In this document: positions 48,215 to 56,223 of the stretch, piece by piece
Layout: the number at the start of each line of letters is the position of its first letter
Position numbering within the stretch: the stretch's first letter is position 1
From: a virus
IMG/VR virus record: IMGVR_UViG_3300047472_000155
Coordinates: 102,839-166,838 of that record
Length of the DNA stretch: 64,000 nucleotides
Strand: one strand, 5' to 3'
Translations under genes and position numbers: made by a program
Notes under the pieces: generated by a model
What the model was told of the DNA's origin: nothing
The model's input: the letters and a program-made list of their open reading frames with translations, nothing else
Databases searched by the model: none

Positions 48215-48486
48215 TGGAACATGTAGCTGGCGTTTGTCCAAATTGTCATCTTCCTATCCACTACAAATATCCTTGTAATTGTTATGGCGATTATAAGGTT
48301 GGAGAAGTTTATTGTAACGATTCTTTTTATTACGAAATACTATCTAAACACTTTGACAATACAGATAAAATGTCGTGTGTTTATCTTGCAAAAGTACAAA
48401 GCTTTAACGAAGAAGGTTATTACTTCCATATTATTGCATATGATGGAGACTTCAAAAGAATGCAATTACGAATACAGGAGAAATAA
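48214..48486 (+). CDS. Hypothetical Cys-rich protein
   Basis: CPNC...CNC; coupled start. Confidence 0.6.
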   Translation: MEHVAGVCPNCHLPIHYKYPCNCYGDYKVGEVYCNDSFYYEILSKHFDNTDKMSCVYLAKVQSFNEEGYYFHIIAYDGDFKRMQLRIQEK

Positions 48487-48489
48487 TAA

Positions 48490-48735
48490 ATGATAAAAAT
48501 ATATCTCAACAAACACAACAACGTTGAAAAGATCGAGCTTCCTACAGGAGAAGTTGATAAGCGTAATTATGGTAATTTGCCAAACATGCTTATTCTTGAA
48601 CCGTATGAAGGACAAGAATTCACAATGTACAATCACAAGAACGAAGCTCAATTTGAAGCCTTGTTACTTGAAGTTGTTTCGAAAAACACTATATCTTACG
48701 ATATTACTTTGAGGTATGTTGAAGAGGAGGAGTAG
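48490..48735 (+). CDS. Hypothetical protein
   Basis: AGGAG RBS. Confidence 0.7.
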   Translation: MIKIYLNKHNNVEKIELPTGEVDKRNYGNLPNMLILEPYEGQEFTMYNHKNEAQFEALLLEVVSKNTISYDITLRYVEEEE

Positions 48736-48738
48736 TAT

Positions 48739-48984
48739 GTGTGTTGCGAAAGACCGTCAGTTACGCCCGTTATGTGTGTAGATAAGCCGTCAGCAATGGT
48801 ATATGCTACAGGAGGGAAAGGCAGTCCTATCTTAATAGGATGGTCATATGGTACTCAACAAGAAAAAGAAGAAGCCATTTGTCGTCCAATTCTTAAAAAG
48901 AAATATAATCAAAATTATTCCTTTCATATTGCGCCAATTACAATCAATAGAAAGGGACGAATTATAAGATATAAATCATCCTAA
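48739..48984 (+). CDS. Hypothetical protein
   Basis: GAGGAG RBS. Confidence 0.6.
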   Translation: MCCERPSVTPVMCVDKPSAMVYATGGKGSPILIGWSYGTQQEKEEAICRPILKKKYNQNYSFHIAPITINRKGRIIRYKSS

Positions 48985-48998
48985 AGGGAGCTAACAAC

Positions 48999-49589
48999 AT
49001 GTCAAATAATCACCTAGAGCGTATTATCATGTTTTCAAATGAAGTAGATTACAATAGTGTAGGAGATATCATTCATAAAATTGTACACTTCAATGTGTAT
49101 GATGATCTTATGGAATCTCAAAAAATCGGATACGACAGACCTCCAATTATTCTTATTGTCAATTCTCCAGGAGGAGAAGTGTATAGCGGTTGGGGAATTG
49201 TTGATGCCATTGAAACAAGCACGACTCCCGTAGTTACTGTTTGCTATGGAGTATGTGCCTCTATGGGATTCGCAATATTCTTGGCAGGTCATACTAGATT
49301 TATGGGCGCACATTCTTATGCTATGTATCATGAAGTAGCAAGTTGGAATGGAGGAAAGTTAACAAAACAACAATTGACAGTTACAAACCTTGAAAATCTT
49401 CAAGCTTTGTATGATCTTTACGTTGAAGACAAAACAAAGATTAATAAAGACACTTTAAATAAAGTTAAAAAAGAACAAGACGATTGGTTTATTGATGCTC
49501 AAGAGTCATTAAGTCTTGGCATTTGTGACTTTGTTCTTGATGGACCTATCAATTGGTTTGACAATGGAAAGAAGGAAGTACAAGAGTAA
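48999..49589 (+). CDS. clpP: ClpP-family serine protease
   Basis: VNSPGGEV, GVCASMG (Ser), MYHEV (His), DWFIDAQES..LG..D (Asp). Confidence 0.85.
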   Translation: MSNNHLERIIMFSNEVDYNSVGDIIHKIVHFNVYDDLMESQKIGYDRPPIILIVNSPGGEVYSGWGIVDAIETSTTPVVTVCYGVCASMGFAIFLAGHTRFMGAHSYAMYHEVASWNGGKLTKQQLTVTNLENLQALYDLYVEDKTKINKDTLNKVKKEQDDWFIDAQESLSLGICDFVLDGPINWFDNGKKEVQE

Positions 49590-49601
49590 GATAAAATTAA
49601 A

Positions 49602-50219
49602 ATGAGAGAGGATTATCCTCTCTCTAAAAATATTGGAGGAATTATATTGACTACTCAAAATAACGTTCACAACTATATCCTTACTTATACACTTAAAAAG
49701 TTTTATGCTGAAAATCCTACACCTGAATCATTTTGCCTCGAAGACATTTTTCATGCCTTAAGTGGCAACAACAGATTCACTTCTCATGGACGCACAAGAG
49801 ACTATACAGTTGGCGAACATACAGTACGTGGAGTTTGGTTGGCTAGTATGCTTAGAATGAGTAAAGAAGTCCAAAAGTGCTTCTTACTACATGATTTTTC
49901 GGAAGCATATCTTAATGATATTGCATCTCCGTTTAAGAAACTTCTTCCAGACTATATGAAGCTTGAAGAAGAAGTACAAAATGCAATTTACATGAAATAT
50001 CTTGGATACGTGCCTAGTGATGAATTTTACAAGGAAGTCAAATACATTGACCTTATGATGCTTATCAATGAGATGGAACAAATTATGAAACCAGTTGATG
50101 ATTGGGGCAGACCTAATATTGGAGAGACTGTTCATATTGATCTTTTTTCCCCAATGACAAAACATGAAATAAAATATTATTTAAATAGTCTTGCAAAAGA
50201 ATTGGGGGTACATGATTGA
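49602..50219 (+). CDS. HD-domain 5'-deoxynucleotidase (YfbR/YfdR-like)
   Basis: EDIFHALS...RF..H, YTVGEH, LLHDFSEAYLNDIASPFK, VKYID. Confidence 0.8.
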   Translation: MREDYPLSKNIGGIILTTQNNVHNYILTYTLKKFYAENPTPESFCLEDIFHALSGNNRFTSHGRTRDYTVGEHTVRGVWLASMLRMSKEVQKCFLLHDFSEAYLNDIASPFKKLLPDYMKLEEEVQNAIYMKYLGYVPSDEFYKEVKYIDLMMLINEMEQIMKPVDDWGRPNIGETVHIDLFSPMTKHEIKYYLNSLAKELGVHD

Positions 50220-50812
50220 TGAAGTCTAAGAATACGCTATTTATAATCTCTGCTCCTTCTGGAGCAGGGAAAACAACTATTATGAGGAAAGCTATGGGTA
50301 GCAAAGTAGAGACTCTTAGCTATACAACTAGAATAATCAGAGAAAACGAAAAAGATGGAGTAGACTATCACTTCATATCAAAAGAACGCTTTGAAGAAAT
50401 AGATAAAACAGGAGACATGATTGAAAAAACTAAATATCCTCCAAATGATCCCAATGGTAACTTTTATGGAGTTTCATGGGATGAAGTTAAGAAAAAGTTA
50501 AATAAAGGTGATGCATATATCATCGTAGATTCAAATGGCATGGAACAATTGAAGGCTATTCACGATAATTGTGTTACTATTTGGATTTACACAAGCAAAG
50601 AAGATGCAATTGCTAACATGCTTGCACGTGGAGACTCACAGCACAACGTTAGAGAAAGAATGAAGACATTTGATTTAGAACAAACTCATCGTACTAAATA
50701 CGACTATGTTATTACGAATGAATATGGAAAAATCAAGGACACTATTAAAATCATCAAAGCTATTGTGAAAGCGAAGGGAACAAAAAAACATGGCAAAAGG
50801 AATTCAAAATAG
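50216..50812 (+). CDS. gmk: Guanylate kinase
   Basis: ISAPSGAGKTT, SYTTR..RENEKDGVDYHFIS, FYG, YDYVI.N. Confidence 0.9.
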   Translation: MMKSKNTLFIISAPSGAGKTTIMRKAMGSKVETLSYTTRIIRENEKDGVDYHFISKERFEEIDKTGDMIEKTKYPPNDPNGNFYGVSWDEVKKKLNKGDAYIIVDSNGMEQLKAIHDNCVTIWIYTSKEDAIANMLARGDSQHNVRERMKTFDLEQTHRTKYDYVITNEYGKIKDTIKIIKAIVKAKGTKKHGKRNSK

Positions 50813-51329
50813 GAGTGATGGCTTTGCTTTTGAGAAGTATTTCATGCAATACACAAAACATCATGGTTTTGAAATTGAACGAAATGACAAAAATGATTTA
50901 ACAAAAGCTGACTTTATGTTGCAAATTCCAATTGATCCAAAAGTAAGAAAGTCACCTTTTTTTAAGGCAATGGAATATCATAGACTTCAACCTTCAAAAT
51001 TAGTAACTATTGATCTCCCAAAGATCAATAGTTACTTGAAACATGGCAAAAATGCCTTCCTTCTTATTTACGTTGATTATCGTCCTCATTTTGAAACAAG
51101 AGGACTATATATGATATCAGCACGTATGGTAAAAGAAATAAGCAAAAAGGCAACAAGACATGGTACTCATATGGATAATGAAAAGAAAAAGCTGATTCCA
51201 AGAGCATATGTAAGCATTGATGAAATGTGGAATGTTTCAAAGCTTGCTAATTTAGATCATCTTGACAAATATTTAAATCAAGAAGTTATGAAGGCTGATA
51301 AAAAGAAGGCTCTCAGAACTTTGACTTGA
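50790..51329 (+). CDS. Hypothetical protein, possibly PD-(D/E)XK nuclease fold
   Basis: G.AFE...ADF pattern; second catalytic motif not clear. Confidence 0.45.
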   Translation: MAKGIQNRSDGFAFEKYFMQYTKHHGFEIERNDKNDLTKADFMLQIPIDPKVRKSPFFKAMEYHRLQPSKLVTIDLPKINSYLKHGKNAFLLIYVDYRPHFETRGLYMISARMVKEISKKATRHGTHMDNEKKKLIPRAYVSIDEMWNVSKLANLDHLDKYLNQEVMKADKKKALRTLT

Positions 51330-51354
51330 CAAATGAAAGATAAAATGGTATAAT
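51326..51354 (+). promoter_or_regulatory. SigmaA-type promoter with conserved spacer element
   Basis: TTGACAAATGAAAGATAAAATGGTATAAT. Confidence 0.9.
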
Positions 51355-51366
51355 ATAAGTACCTAG

Positions 51367-51402
51367 TAGAGAGGGGATTTATTCCACCTCTCTGTTTTTG
51401 TT
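51367..51402 (+). terminator. Terminator-like hairpin in the rusA leader
   Basis: TAGAGAGGGGA/TCCACCTCTCTG then TTTTTGTT. Confidence 0.65.
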
Positions 51403-51427
51403 CGTAGAATAAAAGGAGAATATCACA

Positions 51428-51997
51428 ATGGAATTAAAATTAAGTATCCCGTTACCAACTTCACTAAACAAGTTATACGTCAATCAGTACAAGTACAATG
51501 CTAAATCAAGAAAGAGTGAGCCTACTGGAGCAAGAGTATTAAGCGCCGAAGGGAAGATGTCTAAAGCACTTATACAAAAAGCAGTTAAAAATCAAATGAA
51601 GAGTCAAATGTGGGATTTTGATTATACGAAAGAAAATTACATATATATGGACTCCATTATATATTTTAACAAAAAGGGAAGAGATGACAACAATCTATTG
51701 AAACTCCTTTGTGATGCTTTAGAGGGAATTGCATATGACAATGATAGTCGTGTATTAAATCGAACACAACGGATATACTATGATGCAGATAACCCACACA
51801 TGGAACTACACATACATCCGGTAGATTACATTGGGATATTTGATAATCAATTAGCTTTAGACAAATTTGAAAGCGCTTGCAAGAATTGTAGTAGATATGC
51901 TAGAAATTGTTCATTGCTTGTCAAAGCCAAAGAAGGACGCATTCAAGATGAAATTGACAACAATTTAGTGTGTTCTAGTTTTAAACTTAAAAAATAA
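51428..51997 (+). CDS. rusA: RusA-family Holliday junction resolvase
   Basis: PLPTSLNKLY, RDDNNLLKLLCDALEGIAYDNDSRV. Confidence 0.85.
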   Translation: MELKLSIPLPTSLNKLYVNQYKYNAKSRKSEPTGARVLSAEGKMSKALIQKAVKNQMKSQMWDFDYTKENYIYMDSIIYFNKKGRDDNNLLKLLCDALEGIAYDNDSRVLNRTQRIYYDADNPHMELHIHPVDYIGIFDNQLALDKFESACKNCSRYARNCSLLVKAKEGRIQDEIDNNLVCSSFKLKK

Positions 51998-52000
51998 TAC

Positions 52001-52040
52001 AAAAAAATGCCCTTAACAAATTAGTTAAGGGCATTTTTCT
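52001..52040. terminator. Bidirectional terminator at the convergence of the two arms
   Basis: AAAAAAATGCCCTTAAC-aaatta-GTTAAGGGCATTTTT. Confidence 0.9.
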
Positions 52041-53425
52041 TATGCTATTGTTGCATCACTCAGACCAATATTCATAGCAATCTTAATTGCTGTACAATCT
52101 TGTAGATTAATTCCTGCAGTTAGGTTATTTTGACACAAGTTATTTGTAACTATAATCGAATTAACACTTACCAACTCTATTGCATATCCTTGAGTTGGAC
52201 TAAAATCAGTACACGATATCATATTCCCCATAATTATTCCACTATTTGCATACCCTACTATGATTGCAGCAGAATATGGGAATAACCTACCATTTAAATG
52301 AATATTGTTGTTTGATATGTTGAATTGTTTTCCTCCAATATATCTCAATCCAAGCTTACCATTGTTTCTTATGTGATTGTAGCCAATCATCATTCTAGAT
52401 GTATCACTTAATATTTCAAATCCATGACCATCATTGCTTAATATTTGGTTGTTCACAATTGATATATTTCCAGATGGTATTCCAGTAGTTTGTGTTAATG
52501 TTATTCCATTATCTCCATTAAATTCAATGTTATTGTCATTGATAGATAAATCAGCTACGGAATCCACAAATAACCCATATCTTGCATTTGATTGAATGAA
52601 GCAATTGTTTACATGCACTTCATCACAACCTCTAAATAAGCTTGTATCTATGCTATCATAGTATCCTATGATCTGTAATCCATCCCTTTTACAATCAACA
52701 ATTCTACAATGTAAAATCAAAGAGAAATACGTTGCTTTGAATACAATTCCATCATTTAAATTCGTTTGATTGTTTTTGTTGCCATCAATCGACAATCCTC
52801 TTATTGAGGAGTATGGACATTCTTCCAATTTTAATACAGGTTTTGTTGAATTATTTTTCAACTTAAATGTTCCACCATTACTAACTATGTTCAATCTCGA
52901 CTTCTGATAAGCTCTTACTCCCGAAACAATGAACACTCCATCTGGAACAAATACCGTAGTTGAAGGTGATATTGTATCAAAACATCTTTGAATTGCTACA
53001 GTATCATCCGTTACTCCGTCACCTTTGGCTCCAAAGTCAAATAAGGACACTAAAGTTGAATTCTTAATTGATTGTAATGTTTGAGATATATTGCCATCTT
53101 TTTGTTGTGTCCAAATTCTACTTGCAGGAATAGATTGATAACCTATACCTTTATATTTTACATTTACAAACTTTCCATTTTCCGATTCGTTAAAATAAAC
53201 AATTCCATTTTTGTAATCAACATAAAATAAAGTGTTGGTCAAATTAACTGGCGTTTTGCTTTCACCATATGAAGTTACCAATACTCCATAAGGAGTATAT
53301 GGCAACTCATCTAATTGTACTTGACCACTAGATATTTTTAGAGATTCATCTTTGTCTACATATGGATCGTCAATAGTACCAGCTCTTAGTTTGTCAACAA
53401 TAGAATCAGCGTTCCAATACATCAA
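52040..53425 (-). CDS. Tail spike / polysaccharide depolymerase (pectate-lyase-like beta-helix)
   Basis: DFGAKGDGVTDDTVAIQ followed by Asn-ladder repeats; N-terminal domain shared with the long fibre. Confidence 0.8.
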   Translation of the reverse strand: MMYWNADSIVDKLRAGTIDDPYVDKDESLKISSGQVQLDELPYTPYGVLVTSYGESKTPVNLTNTLFYVDYKNGIVYFNESENGKFVNVKYKGIGYQSIPASRIWTQQKDGNISQTLQSIKNSTLVSLFDFGAKGDGVTDDTVAIQRCFDTISPSTTVFVPDGVFIVSGVRAYQKSRLNIVSNGGTFKLKNNSTKPVLKLEECPYSSIRGLSIDGNKNNQTNLNDGIVFKATYFSLILHCRIVDCKRDGLQIIGYYDSIDTSLFRGCDEVHVNNCFIQSNARYGLFVDSVADLSINDNNIEFNGDNGITLTQTTGIPSGNISIVNNQILSNDGHGFEILSDTSRMMIGYNHIRNNGKLGLRYIGGKQFNISNNNIHLNGRLFPYSAAIIVGYANSGIIMGNMISCTDFSPTQGYAIELVSVNSIIVTNNLCQNNLTAGINLQDCTAIKIAMNIGLSDATIA

Positions 53426-53445
53426 CGAACACCTCCGCTCATCTC

Positions 53446-53838
53446 TTATTTTTTAGGCAATGCATTAACTGCGGCTTCAATTCCAATTTCAATTAATGAT
53501 TTATTGGCATCTGTAAGTTCTAAGTTCAACTTTTCAAGAACACCAATCGTTAATTTTACTGCTAATGCTTTCTTAATTTCATTGTCATCATTAACAGATA
53601 TTTGCTCTACATATTGAACTACTTTATGACATACATCAAATACAGTGTCGATTTGACTTTTTGTTTTGTCGTTTTCAAAATCAATGTTTTTCAATACAAG
53701 ACCAATTAGTTCCATGATTTGATTTGTAGTTTCATTAGAGGCTTTTGTCAAATACCCTTTCTTTTGAAGCCAAGGTACTCCAATGAATCCAATTAAAATA
53801 ACTACAATAGCTACACCAATAATAAGTGCTAATTCCAT
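53446..53838 (-). CDS. Putative holin (one TM, LL-H-like)
   Basis: N-terminal TM, VQYVEQ...KK..A...IEAAV; adjacent to the endolysin. Confidence 0.65.
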   Translation of the reverse strand: MELALIIGVAIVVILIGFIGVPWLQKKGYLTKASNETTNQIMELIGLVLKNIDFENDKTKSQIDTVFDVCHKVVQYVEQISVNDDNEIKKALAVKLTIGVLEKLNLELTDANKSLIEIGIEAAVNALPKK

Positions 53839-53853
53839 TATATTTTATCCCCC

Positions 53854-54615
53854 TTATTTATTTTTCTTTACTTCTTCGATTCTTGCATTAAGTCTCCGCA
53901 TCATTTCAAAGAATAACCAATTTTGTGTAGACTCACCTAAACGTGGCAACCAATAGTCAGGACTATCAATTAATCCTTCGGTAACAAGACTTTTAATTGC
54001 TGTTGTTCCAATTGTTTCTTGTGATTTTGTAATAGACACACTAACTCCTCCTTCATTTGTGATTGGGGCTTTAACGACAGGATTCATTTCTTCATTTACA
54101 TAATTTTTAAAATTAATCCATTCTGACGGATTCTCTACATAGTATTTGTGACATATCTTCCAGCCAACAACTTCTTTGTGAGTCCATAAATCCTTGTATG
54201 TTAAACCATACTTCTTAAGCAAAAATGCAGCTAATTCGATAGTTGCGTGTAACGTTTCAAGTGTAGGCTTGCCAGAAGCGTCAGGATGACACATTTCGAT
54301 TCCGATAGTGCAATTGTTAGGGTACGTACTAAGACGACTCAGCGCGTCTTTCGTGTATTGCTCCGTTGATCCTACATGATAAGCTAATTCCTCATATGGC
54401 AAACATTGAATAATTTCGCCTTGAAGACCGACAATGAAATGAGCGCTACCGAATCCACCTGTTCCACTTTTACGATTCTCGAAAAAGTTTCTAACAGACG
54501 CAGCTTTTCCCATTGGACTTGCCGTGTAATGAATAACAATCCCTTTTACTTTTCCTATTTTTGTTCCAGGTCTAGACCATTTATTTTTGGTCAGTAAACT
54601 TTGTACAATATTCAT
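53854..54615 (-). CDS. Endolysin, N-acetylmuramoyl-L-alanine amidase (Amidase_2)
   Basis: GIVIHYT, SAHFIV, ELAYHVG, TIGIEMC, THKEV...C; RBS before ATG 54615. Confidence 0.92.
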   Translation of the reverse strand: MNIVQSLLTKNKWSRPGTKIGKVKGIVIHYTASPMGKAASVRNFFENRKSGTGGFGSAHFIVGLQGEIIQCLPYEELAYHVGSTEQYTKDALSRLSTYPNNCTIGIEMCHPDASGKPTLETLHATIELAAFLLKKYGLTYKDLWTHKEVVGWKICHKYYVENPSEWINFKNYVNEEMNPVVKAPITNEGGVSVSITKSQETIGTTAIKSLVTEGLIDSPDYWLPRLGESTQNWLFFEMMRRLNARIEEVKKNK

Positions 54616-54631
54616 TTTTTGTTGCACCTCC

Positions 54632-54958
54632 TTAAATTTTAAATTCGTCTTGCGGACTTTCATTTGATTCATTGATTGCATCAACCGATGTTGTTGTGTC
54701 AACTGAAACAGTGTCAGTATCTACATTAACAATGGTCTTTGCCTTTTGTTTGTCTACGATTGAAGCAACTCCATTTACAGCATTCACACCAGCGATTGAA
54801 TAAATTAGCGTTTCTAGCAACGAAAGTAAGTTGTTTGTTATATCACCAAACATGAAGTAAGCAAAAATAGATGATACAAGAACAGCTATAAATCCAATAA
54901 CAAGTGTACTTACCTTGAACTCATCTAGTGAGAACCCATGACGGAAAAACTTAAACAT
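54632..54958 (-). CDS. Putative holin-like membrane protein
   Basis: Two hydrophobic helices, upstream of the endolysin. Confidence 0.55.
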   Translation of the reverse strand: MFKFFRHGFSLDEFKVSTLVIGFIAVLVSSIFAYFMFGDITNNLLSLLETLIYSIAGVNAVNGVASIVDKQKAKTIVNVDTDTVSVDTTTSVDAINESNESPQDEFKI

Positions 54959-54980
54959 CGTATCACCTCTTTTCTACCAA

Positions 54981-55274
54981 TTACGTAATCTTGATTCCAA
55001 AATATTCAGCTATCAATGCAATAGCTAACGTAATAGCAAATCCCCAAGCCCATTTAGAATTTGATTTCATGCTATTAAGTTCATCTCTATTTGCTTTTGC
55101 TAGACCCAAAGCGTCATCTGCTACTTTCATTGCATCATCTGCACTATCAATAGCTTCGTCTACCTTATCTTCTAAACGTTCAGCACGATTTAACTTTTCT
55201 TCAATACGTGTAACTCTGTCTCTTACTTCGTAAATCGCTTCCATCAATTCTTTTGTTGTATAATTCTCAGACAT
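54981..55274 (-). CDS. XhlA-like lysis-cassette membrane protein
   Basis: Coiled coil RVTRIEEKL plus KWAWG and C-terminal TM. Confidence 0.7.
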   Translation of the reverse strand: MSENYTTKELMEAIYEVRDRVTRIEEKLNRAERLEDKVDEAIDSADDAMKVADDALGLAKANRDELNSMKSNSKWAWGFAITLAIALIAEYFGIKIT

Positions 55275-55299
55275 TTTCTACCCTCCATTGTAAAATAAT

Positions 55300-55330
55300 A
55301 AAAAATAGGAGAGCAAAGTTCCGCTCTCCT
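55300..55330 (-). terminator. Terminator hairpin in the lysis-cassette leader
   Basis: AGGAGAGC/GCTCTCCT with a U-tract on the - strand. Confidence 0.75.
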
Positions 55331-55339
55331 TTTACTGTT

Positions 55340-55368
55340 ATTATACCATTTTATCTTGTATTTGTCAA
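55340..55368 (-). promoter_or_regulatory. SigmaA-type promoter with conserved spacer element (lysis cassette)
   Basis: Reverse complement TTGACAAATACAAGATAAAATGGTATAAT. Confidence 0.9.
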
Positions 55369-55384
55369 AGATTGTAAAGTTAAA

Positions 55385-55519
55385 CTACACTAAAGGATTT
55401 CCATTGTCATCTAAATCAAGTGCAAAAAGATAGTTGTGAACCGCTTCCTTTTGCTTTTCAGGAACTTGAGCAAATGTCTTTATACCTTTAACAATAAGTG
55501 ATGCATAAACTACTGACAT
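55385..55519 (-). CDS. CD1375-like small tail-associated protein
   Basis: VYASLIVKGIKTFAQVPE; AGGAGG RBS before ATG 55519. Confidence 0.7.
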   Translation of the reverse strand: MSVVYASLIVKGIKTFAQVPEKQKEAVHNYLFALDLDDNGNPLV

Positions 55520-55577
55520 TGTATCACCTCCTTTCAAAAGCGAAATTCCACATCTTACAAGTAGTAATCCTATCTTA

Positions 55578-55682
55578 TTAAACATTCGTCAACAATTCTT
55601 CAACTTGTGATCTAAGAATTGTTGGAACGTCTTCTATTGTCTTTATACCTTTTTTAATAAGATCAGCATAAACTTTTGCCAT
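55578..55682 (-). CDS. CD1375-like small protein (34 aa), absent from the ORF track
   Basis: MAKVYADLIKKGIKTIEDVPTILRSQVEELLTNV; GGAGG RBS. Confidence 0.7.
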   Translation of the reverse strand: MAKVYADLIKKGIKTIEDVPTILRSQVEELLTNV

Positions 55683-55684
55683 GA

Positions 55685-56212
55685 TTAATTTCCTCCTCCT
55701 ACTGAATCAATTAATGCTAATAATTGTTCGTACACATCAACCAAAGCCTCTTGAACACTTGTCGTCTCATCCTGTGAAGCTAAAAGCTGTTCATACGTAT
55801 CTGTGAGAGCTATTTGAGTATTAGTTAGCTCATCTTTAAGTGACTCGATTTCTGTTGGAACATATGGTTTATTGTTCTCTGCTTCTAAGTATGCCTCCCA
55901 AGCAGATTGTAATTCTTCTTGTGTAGGAATTGGAGCATCAATATTCCAAACAGAAATATAAGGTCCACGCTCTACAATATCGTAATCTTCACCTTCTACA
56001 AGTAAACTATAGTCAACTCTGTAAAAATAGTGGACTCCTTCAATTGATTCCTCTTCATTTTCTGGTGCTTTTATTTCATAGCGTACTTTACCTTTGCCAT
56101 CATATTCAGGGCGAAGTACGCATTCTGGTCCATCATCTTGAACAATAAAGTCTTGCATGTAGACTAAATGTGGATATAGATGCATAACCGCTAGTGATAT
56201 ATTCATTCTCAA
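55685..56212 (-). CDS. XkdW-like tail fibre assembly protein
   Basis: LAVMHLYP...DFIVQDDG...GPYISVWN...PTQEEL, then coiled coil. Confidence 0.75.
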   Translation of the reverse strand: MRMNISLAVMHLYPHLVYMQDFIVQDDGPECVLRPEYDGKGKVRYEIKAPENEEESIEGVHYFYRVDYSLLVEGEDYDIVERGPYISVWNIDAPIPTQEELQSAWEAYLEAENNKPYVPTEIESLKDELTNTQIALTDTYEQLLASQDETTSVQEALVDVYEQLLALIDSVGGGN

Positions 56213-56223
56213 CTCTCCTTCCT

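Noticed and set aside
49602-50812. Z-genome (DatZ/PurZ) pathway
   Set aside because: An HD enzyme is present but no PurZ-like synthetase is in the window; a generic deoxynucleotidase is the simpler call
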